Below, one piece after another: positions 1-7,220 of a DNA stretch of 22,649 bases. Numbering within the stretch: position 1 is the stretch's first letter; every line of letters starts with the position of its first letter. This DNA comes from Okeania sp. (GTDB taxonomy: Bacteria; Cyanobacteriota; Cyanobacteriia; Cyanobacteriales; Microcoleaceae), in the NCBI RefSeq assembly GCF_035285525.1, contig NZ_JAYKGW010000088.1, forward strand, positions 1 to 22,649. Direction: 5' to 3'. The translations under genes and the position numbers were made by a program. The notes under the pieces are model-generated. The model saw nothing but the letters and a program-made list of their open reading frames with translations, had not been told where the DNA came from and searched no databases.

Positions 1-21
1 ATTCGCCCTATACTGTGTTTA

Positions 22-54
22 AGAAACCCGGTTTTTTCAAAAAACCGGGTTTCT
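22..54. repeat. Perfect palindrome of the GAAACCCGG/CCGGGTTTC small-repeat family
   Basis: AGAAACCCGGTTTTTT-C-AAAAAACCGGGTTTCT has 16-nt perfectly complementary arms. The same core recurs at 570..603, 7812..7823, 7875..7886, 7929..7940, 14637..14648 and 14754..14766. Confidence 0.9.
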
Positions 55-331
55 GGCTTCCCCTAAAACTGAGGTAGCAGATGTGAACGGTGATGGTAGG
101 GCTGATATTGTTGGTTTCGGTCAAAGTGGGGTCTCTGTTTCTCTAGGTAAAACTGATGGTACTTTTGCTCCCCATAAAACTGCCTATAGTAATACTTTTG
201 CAGAAGGAAAAGGAGGATGGTCAAGTCAAGATAAATATCCTCGTCAGCTAGCAGATGTGAATGGTGATGGTCGAGCTGATATTGTTGGTTTTGCTAACGA
301 TGGTGTCTATGTTTCTCTTGCTAACGGGTAA
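23..331 (+). CDS. FG-GAP/VCBS-repeat protein, C-terminal fragment (5' part lost at the window edge or interrupted by the palindromic element)
   Basis: The translation contains two copies of the FG-GAP-type motif ADVNGDGRADIVGF...DGV.VSL. The track ORF is 83..331 (GTG start), but the frame stays open back to 23, where it runs into the 22..54 palindrome. The stop is at 329..331, and a hairpin plus T-run follows at 404..437. Confidence 0.6.
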   Translation, partial: ETRFFQKTGFLASPKTEVADVNGDGRADIVGFGQSGVSVSLGKTDGTFAPHKTAYSNTFAEGKGGWSSQDKYPRQLADVNGDGRADIVGFANDGVYVSLANG

Positions 332-403
332 TTCGATTTTTACTTTATTAACAGTCTAGGGTGAGATAGCAAGCTAGAAAAAGCGATCGCTTCCCAATCC
401 AAA

Positions 404-437
404 AACGCCCCGGTGCTAATATCGGGGCGTTTTTTTT
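404..437 (+). terminator. Rho-independent terminator after the FG-GAP fragment
   Basis: The stem is ACGCCCCG (405..412) paired with CGGGGCGT (423..430), with a 10-nt loop, followed directly by a T7 run (431..437). Confidence 0.75.
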
Positions 438-569
438 AATGGATCATTTCATTGATAGTGAAAGAGTGAGAGCAAATGGCATTGTAGGGACGTTGCATAA
501 CAAAAATGCTAACGTCCCTACAGTGGTTCATTAAAATGAAAAGCGCTGTGATGTCAATTATGCCCTTTG

Positions 570-603
570 AGAAACCCGGTTTTCTGTAAAAAACCGGGTT
601 TCT
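570..603. repeat. Imperfect palindrome, GAAACCCGGTTT family
   Basis: GAAACCCGGTTTT-ctgt-AAAAAACCGGGTTTC. It matches the 22..54 element. Confidence 0.85.
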
Positions 604-713
604 GGTTTTCCTTACACCTGGCGAGCGATGAGGAGCGATCGCCTTTTTATTATCTAGTGGATTTGAAAATCATCGGCTATAGTATAATTAACTAATAACA
701 AAAGGAGTAACTC

Positions 714-1001
714 ATGCAGCAAATCCAGATTGCTTTGCCAGACGAACTTGCATCTTCCCTAAAAGAAAAATGGGGAAATTTAGAATGTAAATTAATAGAA
801 ATAATAGTAGTAGAAGCTTATCGCGAAGGTTCCATTAGTAGCGGTAAATTAAGAGAAATATTAGGTTTTTCCACCCCTTTGGAAGCCGATAAATTTCTCA
901 AAGCTAAAGGAGTCGATTTAGATTACGATGAAGAGGATTTCATCAGCGATCGCCAAGCCCACCAACAGCTAGAGCAAGAAGGGAAATTAAAAAAGTTATG
1001 A
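714..1001 (+). CDS. UPF0175-family antitoxin
   Basis: The 95-aa product has the pattern typical of UPF0175 proteins (LPDEL...VEAYREGSISSGKLREILGFS...FLKAKGVDLDYDEEDF). Its stop overlaps the downstream start by 4 nt (ATGA at 998..1001). Confidence 0.8.
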   Translation: MQQIQIALPDELASSLKEKWGNLECKLIEIIVVEAYREGSISSGKLREILGFSTPLEADKFLKAKGVDLDYDEEDFISDRQAHQQLEQEGKLKKL

Positions 1002-1477
1002 TCGTTGTCTCGGATACCTCACCCATTTGTTATTTACTACTAATCGGCGAAATTGAACTTTTGCCTCAACTTTACGGCCAAGTTATCATTCCTAGAACAG
1101 TTGCAGAAGAATTATCGGACGAGCGATCGCCTACTGTTGTTAGAAATTGGATTAAAACACCTCCCAAGTGGATAATAATTGCAGATATTGCCGTTTATGC
1201 GGACAAAGATTTAGATATTCTCAATGCAGGAGAAAAAGCTGCTATTAGTTTAGCTATCAAGGGAGGAGCAAATTTAATTATAATGGATGAAGCTTTAGGC
1301 AGAAAAGTTGCCCGGAATAAAGGATTAAAGGTAACTGGATTGCTTGGCATTCTCGATCGAGCTGCCCAACAAAATCTAGTAGATTTTCCCCAAGCTATTG
1401 CTGCTCTCAAAAAAACTACCTTTCGTGCTTCCTCAAAGTTGATTGAGTCTCTTTTAAGTCAGTATTATAGCACCTAA
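998..1477 (+). CDS. DUF3368-family PIN-like nuclease toxin
   Basis: The 159-aa product has an N-terminus (MIVVSDTSPICYLLLIGEIELLPQLYGQVIIPRTVAEEL) characteristic of DUF3368/PIN-fold partners of UPF0175. It is translationally coupled to 714..1001. Confidence 0.8.
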   Translation: MIVVSDTSPICYLLLIGEIELLPQLYGQVIIPRTVAEELSDERSPTVVRNWIKTPPKWIIIADIAVYADKDLDILNAGEKAAISLAIKGGANLIIMDEALGRKVARNKGLKVTGLLGILDRAAQQNLVDFPQAIAALKKTTFRASSKLIESLLSQYYST

Positions 1478-1573
1478 CGTTCTCTGGTGGAATGGGGCAG
1501 CTCAAAAAAGCGATCGCCTTTATTAATAGATAATGAAAGAGTAGGGGCGAATGGGATTCGCTCCTACAGGATT

Positions 1574-1655
1574 AAGGTATCCTAATCCTGGCCCTGGCTT
1601 TCCCATACGACGCTTCCGGTAGGGAGAGCGCGGGACTTCCCGCCAGGAAAGTTAA
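1574..1655. repeat. 82-nt dispersed structured repeat, copy 1 (copy 2 at 20104..20185)
   Basis: AAGGTATCCTAATCCTGGCCCTGGCTTTCCCATACGACGCTTCCGGTAGGGAGAGCGCGGGACTTCCCGCCAGGAAAGTTAA. It aligns without gaps to 20104..20185 with about 10 mismatches. It contains the CCTGGC/GCCAGG and GCGGGA/TCCCGC complementary pairs. Confidence 0.85.
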
Positions 1656-1662
1656 ATTAGAC

Positions 1663-1701
1663 AAACCCGCCCCCCATAGCACATATATGGGGGGCGGGTT
1701 T
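1663..1701. terminator. Long GC hairpin between convergent genes (possible bidirectional terminator; AAACCCGCCCC repeat family)
   Basis: AAACCCGCCCCCCA (1663..1676) pairs with TGGGGGGCGGGTTT (1688..1701), giving a 14-bp stem. It lies between the + strand PIN gene (ends 1477) and the - strand DUF2079 gene (ends 1831). The U-tracts are weak. Related AAAACCCGCCCCTAC copies sit at about 1738, 1803 and 7087. Confidence 0.5.
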
Positions 1702-1775
1702 AGATCAATAATGGCTAATCTACCAAAGTTTCTGAAAAAACCCGCCCCTACAAATTTGGCAATGTTAATTTCACC

Positions 1776-1800
1776 CTGATAACTGATAACTGATAACTGA
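1776..1800. repeat. STRR heptamer array (CTGATAA x3.5)
   Basis: Direct reading of ctgataactgataactgataactga. The reverse-complement array (CAGTTAT) occurs at 6931..6954. Confidence 0.9.
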
Positions 1801-1830
1801 AAAAACCCGCCCCTACAAATTTTTCAACCA

Positions 1831-3672
1831 TTATTGAACAATTTCTTGCCGGAAATTTTCCCATCCATTCATAGCATCAAGATTAGAAACAACTCCTTTT
1901 TCCATCAAAATCACACCATCTGCAAAATCAGTAATTCCATATTCACTACTTTTATAAAGCTCTTCAATCCGAGGTACAATTTTTTCTAGTCGTTGCTGAT
2001 CGCTCTTAAAAGCTACCTGATACCGATTCAACCGCCACAAGTCAACAATAATATATTTCACCTTTTCCACTTCTTTTGCATCATTCCTAAATTGCATTTT
2101 GGGAAACCGCAAAATTGCTCGCCGACTTGATAAATGGGGAATAATATAAGTAGTTGCTGCCACACTAGCATGATCAGGAATTTTTTCTAACAATGGTCGC
2201 ATTTTACCAACATGCTGCCATTGTTCGGGTGCAGATACATAAACCCAAGGTTGTACTGAATCTGGTACTAAAAAATAAAAAGTGCGATTAGGATTAGAAG
2301 TAAAACTAAAAAATAGTGACAAACAAATACAAACTACCCAGAAACGGCGAAACTTTCGTGATGGCAGTCGTGATTTTTGGCATTGTTCAATTGAAGTATT
2401 AATACCCGATTTTTTGGTTTTGCTCAAGCCATCTAAATTTTCTAAATTTGAGGAAGTTTTGCCCCCTAAATTTTCCAAACTTGGGGTAGTTTTTCTCCCT
2501 AAATTTTCCAAGTTGGCGGGACTTTCAGAATTTTGTTCTTCCCAAACTTGGCTTGCTCGGGGGGCAAAACTATCATCCCCCCAAACTTGGGGGGCAAAAT
2601 CATCATCTGATTCTCTCTTTCCCCACCATAAAATTGCACCGTAAAATAATCCCGGTACTACTGTCATCGCATAACGAATAGTAATTGACAGTACAGATAA
2701 ACCTTTGGCAGAAAATAATTTCAGTAAAGGAAACCCGGCAACCATCCAAGCAGCAGGAGCAACAGCAGGCACAAACGCTAGAGGCAACCATTGACCTAAT
2801 AAATATTTAATAGTACCAAAAAATGGAGTAAAAATTTCGGCTATCAACCGCCAAGGATTACTAATCATACCCCAAATTATTTCCAGAGTGGAAGCTTCCT
2901 CACCATCTGCATATTGACCAAATCTTTCCATCATAAATCTCTGGGAAATATCTTCGGAAAATATGGGCATAATTAGATTTGTTAGAGCTACCATGTAAGC
3001 AAAACTTATAGTACAAACAGCCAAACCTATTTTGGGATAACGTTTACTTAAAATTAGGTAGAATCCAACTCCAAATAATATTACTCCCGCATCCTCTCTA
3101 ACTCCTAAAATTAATATTGCTAAAACCCAAAATAAATACCACCAGCGTTTTTCCATCGCCAGTAATAAGCTAAAAACAAACAGAGGTATTTGACAAATAT
3201 CATGGAAATTTCCCAAAGTCGGACCTATGACTGCATTAGCACTATAAAAACTAATACTAATCATGGCAGATAATTGTGGTTGGAGATATTGTCTAGCTAA
3301 AACGTATAATACCAAACCCGCAGCAGTAACAAAGGTAACTTGTAAAACAGTCAGAGTCACAGGAGATGGAAATAAGGCATATATTGGCAACCACAGCAAG
3401 AGAGCAGGGGTAAAGTGTTGACCTAGACGATGATAATATACTTCCGAAACTTGGCCTTGGTGAACAACATTTGTGGAGAGAGCTGAAGAGAGGGAACTTT
3501 GAAAAAAACGACCGTGCATACTATTCCAATATACTTGGTTAAATATACCTTGGTCGTAGGAGGCATAAAAACTATAGTAGCGGTGCAAGTTTAACAATAG
3601 ACATAATAAGAAGAAAGCGATCGCCACTATGAACAACATTTTCAGGGACGGATTTTTTTCCTTGCTAACCAA
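1831..3672 (-). CDS. Polytopic membrane protein, DUF2079-like, with an internal repeat-derived insert
   Basis: The 613-aa ORF has many hydrophobic segments. The N-terminal half (…YHRLGQHFTPALLLWLPIYALFPSP…) resembles DUF2079 proteins, judged from memory. Antisense ORFs at 2282..2644 and 2603..2791 are shadows of it. Confidence 0.7.
   Translation of the reverse strand: MVSKEKNPSLKMLFIVAIAFFLLCLLLNLHRYYSFYASYDQGIFNQVYWNSMHGRFFQSSLSSALSTNVVHQGQVSEVYYHRLGQHFTPALLLWLPIYALFPSPVTLTVLQVTFVTAAGLVLYVLARQYLQPQLSAMISISFYSANAVIGPTLGNFHDICQIPLFVFSLLLAMEKRWWYLFWVLAILILGVREDAGVILFGVGFYLILSKRYPKIGLAVCTISFAYMVALTNLIMPIFSEDISQRFMMERFGQYADGEEASTLEIIWGMISNPWRLIAEIFTPFFGTIKYLLGQWLPLAFVPAVAPAAWMVAGFPLLKLFSAKGLSVLSITIRYAMTVVPGLFYGAILWWGKRESDDDFAPQVWGDDSFAPRASQVWEEQNSESPANLENLGRKTTPSLENLGGKTSSNLENLDGLSKTKKSGINTSIEQCQKSRLPSRKFRRFWVVCICLSLFFSFTSNPNRTFYFLVPDSVQPWVYVSAPEQWQHVGKMRPLLEKIPDHASVAATTYIIPHLSSRRAILRFPKMQFRNDAKEVEKVKYIIVDLWRLNRYQVAFKSDQQRLEKIVPRIEELYKSSEYGITDFADGVILMEKGVVSNLDAMNGWENFRQEIVQ
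2430..2610. repeat. Short tandem or dispersed repeats kept in frame inside the DUF2079 gene
   Basis: A 33-nt unit (C)CTAAATTTTC(T/C)AA(A/G)(T/C)TTG.GG occurs at about 2433, 2466 and 2499. CCCAAACTTGG...GGGGCAAAA..ATCATC occurs twice (about 2541 and 2579). On the minus strand this is translated as ...DDDFAPQVWGDDSFAPRASQVWEE...ANLENLGRKTTPSLENLGGKTSSNLENLDG... Confidence 0.85.
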
Positions 3673-3944
3673 AATTACTCACCTAGACTTAGAAATTGCC
3701 ATATCAAATTTATCAGAAATTTCAGCAGATAGGGAGTAGGGAGTAGTGAGCAGGAATTAGTAGGGGTGAATAGCATTCGCCCTTATCAGGACATTTCATG
3801 GAACGTCCCTACAGGATTAGGGGAAAAGCATTAGTGGCAAAAGCAGATTTTATATAATAAAATGTAAATTATGTCAAGTAACTATTGGATGATTCTGAAT
3901 ATAGTAGTCGAACCAAAGGTGAGACCATTTCTAAATCCTGAAAC

Positions 3945-4170
3945 CCTTTGTTAGTATCCTATTCCCTCTCTTGGTTGATTGGATATGGCGTTCATGTAGT
4001 GTCCCGGAAGCAAAGGAGACCCGAAGAGTGCAGAGCTGCTCCGAAGTACACCATCCCAGCCTTCGAGAAGTTTCGCTTTTCATGTCGCGGAGCGTTATCG
4101 TATAGGGACTGCTACGCAAACATATCGGCTCAAGTGCTGAAAACAAGCGCTATTGCCTATTCCTTATTCC
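3945..4170 (-). ncRNA. Candidate 6S RNA (ssrS/ssaA-like); boundaries approximate
   Basis: The block is free of credible coding sequence and is about 60% GC where I counted (4001..4060), set in AT-rich DNA. The minus strand reads UGAGCCGAUAU (4122..4132) and, 38 nt further on, GCUCCGCG (4086..4093). As I recall the E. coli 6S sequence, it has the same two strings 31 nt apart. Long-range pairings support a rod-like fold: GAUAUG/CAUAUC (4121..4126 with 3982..3987), GCGU/ACGC (4114..4117 with 3988..3991), GUCCC/GGGAC (4105..4109 with 4001..4005) and GCUCCG/CGGAGC (4088..4093 with 4038..4043). Confidence 0.45.
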
Positions 4171-4510
4171 CTACTCCCTATATTGAATTTGCAGCATCTG
4201 TGTCACAATATAAAATAGAAATTAAATTATTTCAGAAACGAACTTTCTGTTAATGGCCATGTCCGATATAAATAATTAGTAATTGATAATGAATAATTAA
4301 AACTTATAGTATCAGCATTTATTTCTAATTTTTGAATTGCTAAGTACATAAGCAAAATTAACTACCATTATTTATTCCCACATCACAGGGAATAGATATT
4401 TTTCAGCTTGAAAGTGTGTGTAATTAATTCTACATAAGTACTTAAAAACTATTTAGGATTGTTATATCCCTAATGATCAATTACTCCTGAGAATCAATTA
4501 TTAATTATCT

Positions 4511-5728
4511 ATGATTAATTATCCATTATCCATTATCCATTATCCATTACCTAGAGATTTTGTACAGGTGTCTTCAGAAAAATCTAACAACAAAAGATTA
4601 CAACTTTTATTGTTTATAAATAAACGCCCTGGGTCTCAAGAAGAAATTCAAGCCATTCATAAATGCCTCAGCAATTTAAAAACAGATTACCCATTTGAGT
4701 TTAATGTAATAGATGTAGGAGAACAACCCTACATGGCAGAACATTTCAAATTAATTGCGACTCCTGCTCTACTAAAAATTAATCCGGAACCAAGACAAAC
4801 CCTGACTGGGACAAATTTAGTGGCGAAGTTGGAGTATTGGTGGCCACGTTGGCAACGTTCCTTGGCAGAATCAATATATGATGATAATTCCCAATTTGAA
4901 TCACAACCAGTTATTAGCGATCAATTACCTGCTAATTCTATTAATTGTGCTGCTGAGTTAATGGAAATGTCAGACGAAATTTTTCGTCTCAAGCGGGAAA
5001 AAGAACAATTGCAAGCTCAACTCAAATTTAAAGACCGCATTATTACGATGTTAGCTCACGATTTACGAAATCCTCTGACGGCACTTTCGTTAGCTTTAGA
5101 AACTTTGGAGTCAACTCAAAAAATGGGGAAGAGTGAGTCGGTAAAAAGTTCTGGAAATTTTGCCCAAAGGTTGATTAAGCAAGCGCGTTATCAAGTGCAG
5201 GTAATTGATAGAATGATTGCAGATATTTTGGAGAGACCAATTGGAAAAAGTACCAAGTTGCAACTTGAACCTGATAAATTAGATTTGGGAGCATTATGTT
5301 TAGAGATAAAAAGAGAGTTTCGAGACCGACTAAAGTCAAAAAAGTTGCAGTTGAGAACAGATATTCCTAATGATTTACCATTGGTTTATGCTGACAGGGA
5401 AAGAATACGTCAGGTAATAGTTAATTTGCTTGATAATGCAATTAAGTATACTCCGAAAGAGGGTGAGATTCAGATTATTATTCTTGATCGCACAACTCAA
5501 AAGGTGCAAGTGACGGTTTGTGATAGTGGACTTGGTATCCCGAAAGAAAATCGCGATCGCATTTTTGAAGATTCTTTCCGACTCAAACGGGATAAGTCAA
5601 AGGAAGGTTATGGTATTGGTTTGGCTTTGTGTCGGCGGATTATTTCATCTCATTATGGTAAAATTTGGGTAGATTCTAGTCCGAATAATGGTAGTTGTTT
5701 TCATTTCACTTTGCCTGTTTATAGGTAA
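4511..5728 (+). CDS. sasA: Adaptive-response sensor histidine kinase SasA (KaiB-like N-terminal domain plus HisKA/HATPase)
   Basis: The N-terminal thioredoxin/KaiB-like segment reads LQLLLFINKRPGSQEEIQAIHKCL...ATPALLKINPEPRQTLTG...WWPRWQ. It is followed by an H-box (MLAHDLRNPLT) and N/G boxes (LLDNAIKYTP, DSGLGIP, GYGIGLALC). The start is uncertain. ATG 4511 lies before a heptamer array, and GTG 4568 is an alternative. Confidence 0.9.
   Translation: MINYPLSIIHYPLPRDFVQVSSEKSNNKRLQLLLFINKRPGSQEEIQAIHKCLSNLKTDYPFEFNVIDVGEQPYMAEHFKLIATPALLKINPEPRQTLTGTNLVAKLEYWWPRWQRSLAESIYDDNSQFESQPVISDQLPANSINCAAELMEMSDEIFRLKREKEQLQAQLKFKDRIITMLAHDLRNPLTALSLALETLESTQKMGKSESVKSSGNFAQRLIKQARYQVQVIDRMIADILERPIGKSTKLQLEPDKLDLGALCLEIKREFRDRLKSKKLQLRTDIPNDLPLVYADRERIRQVIVNLLDNAIKYTPKEGEIQIIILDRTTQKVQVTVCDSGLGIPKENRDRIFEDSFRLKRDKSKEGYGIGLALCRRIISSHYGKIWVDSSPNNGSCFHFTLPVYR
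4521..4548. repeat. STRR heptamer array (ATCCATT x4) inside the annotated 5' end of sasA
   Basis: Direct reading: atccatt atccatt atccatt atccatt. Confidence 0.9.
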
Positions 5729-5762
5729 TTTATTTAATGAATGATAAATAATGAATAATGAC

Positions 5763-5964
5763 AGTAGTTAATAGTCTTTGTTGTTTCTCAGTAATTAAAT
5801 TATCGACGGGTGTATCATCTTGAGTAAGAATATCACTAATATCGGGTTATATCAGTTCAAAATCTTTAGTTTGATTTGGGAAAGATTGACACTGAGTTGT
5901 TTTTTTTAATATCGCTCTTTGTTTGTGATATGGTCATAATTTTTAATTGGGAATTATTATCTCA
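5763..5964. repeat. 202-bp direct repeat, copy 1 (orphan copy of the Uma2 promoter and N-terminus)
   Basis: It is identical to 6635..6836 at offset 872, except for 2 substitutions seen by eye (catcttGagt/catcttCagt and ctttGtttg/ctttCtttg). Confidence 0.9.
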
Positions 5965-6069
5965 AGATTAATATTTATGCCTCACATACCTGGAATTTGC
6001 CATAATAGAGAAAATAAAAATGTTGGGTTTCACTTAACCGTTCCACCCAACTGACTTTTAGTTGACTAA

Positions 6070-6718
6070 CTACAAAAGTTCATCAGGGTTAATATCTTTC
6101 TCCCTGAGAATTTCTGTTAGTCTATCTGCACGTTTTTTTTCTTGTTTAGCACGTTCATCTCTAGTTAATCAAACATTATCAGAATCATCGCACTAACGTA
6201 ACCAATCATATTTTTTACCCTCAAAAATACCATGCCAAATTGTTAAACCTAATCCGACTTGGGGCAAGAAAAAATTATTCAATTCTACATAACTACCTTG
6301 TAATTGATAAACTTGTAAAACAGTTTTTCCCAGCTTTTTTAGGGGAGAAAAAACTGCATAATAACCTACAGCATTCCCAGCATAATTTTGGAGTTTACTC
6401 CCTAATTTATTTCCTTTTTTATTAGAGACAATTTCAATGGCTACTTCTGGAGATTTACCAAAATTAAAAGTCAAATAAGAACGATTCTTTTTTTGATTCC
6501 AATCTTTGGGTACTTCGATTCCTAAACTGAGGATAATATCAGGTACAAGTGGTGGTTTTTTTAACATCGCAAAAAAGTCCGACATTTGCCATTGCTAAAA
6601 ATGGTAAATCCGTAGTCAAAGAACTCTATAAAGTAGTAGTTAATAGTCTTTGTTGTTTCTCAGTAATTAAATTATCGACGGGTGTATCATCTTCAGTAAG
6701 AATATCACTAATATCGGG
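6070..6718 (-). pseudogene. Uma2-family (DUF820) endonuclease pseudogene
   Basis: The minus-strand translation gives family-typical pieces: PDISDILTEDDTPVDNLITEKQQRLLTTTLY*, then (frameshift at an A-run) KKPPLVPDIILSLGIEVP...SPEVAIEIVS...DWLR*CDDSDNV*LTRDERAKQEKKRADRLTEILREKDINPDELL*. There are at least three in-frame stops, one frameshift and no start codon. The track ORF 6193..6585 is the largest surviving piece. Confidence 0.7.
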
Positions 6719-6836
6719 TTATATCAGTTCAAAATCTTTAGTTTGATTTGGGAAAGATTGACACTGAGTTGTTTTTTTTAATATCGCTCTTTCTTTGTGA
6801 TATGGTCATAATTTTTAATTGGGAATTATTATCTCA
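6635..6836. repeat. 202-bp direct repeat, copy 2 (contains the 5' end of the Uma2 pseudogene)
   Basis: See 5763..5964. Confidence 0.9.
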
Positions 6837-7220
6837 TTCAGGTACATTATATTCTATTATAGATAATTAATAATTATCTCTTATTTAAACTGTGCATGAG
6901 GGCTGGTTTGTATAAGTCTGAGAGTAATTTCAGTTATCAGTTATCAGTTATCAGCACCTCTGTCTGTTTGCGCAGCATGACCTAGAGAAGCTAGAGCCTT
7001 GAAATACTGAATCGAATATTTTTTTATCCCCTTTCAAGGGGAGGCACATACCCCCATTTTTCTGTAAATATGAAGATTATAGCTAAAACCCGCCCCTACG
7101 ATAATTAATGAATTAATAATTTAATAATTACCTCAATTTTCAGATATGATATGTGGCTATACTTGAAAAAAATTGGTATATATAAACAATAAACAATAGT
7201 AAAACATAATATTATTTTCA

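Noticed and set aside
1195-2791. ORFs 1195..1410 (-), 2282..2644 (+) and 2603..2791 (-)
   Set aside because: They are antisense or overlapping shadows of the PIN toxin and DUF2079 genes. 2282..2644 reads through the internal repeat region.
3907-3918. The 12-mer GTCGAACCAAAG is shared with 11700..11711 (just before the tnpB start), which hinted that the 3.9-kb locus might be an IS/omega-RNA derivative
   Set aside because: Exact 11-12-mer matches are expected by chance many times in a 22.6-kb AT-biased window searched on both strands. No further similarity extends on either side.
3931-4253. Track ORFs 3931..4146 (-, 71 aa) and 3948..4253 (+, 101 aa)
   Set aside because: They overlap each other on opposite strands within a GC-rich island. 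Their composition is odd (Cys/Arg/Ser-rich) and they have no recognisable motifs. The locus is better explained as a structured RNA (the 6S-like candidate).
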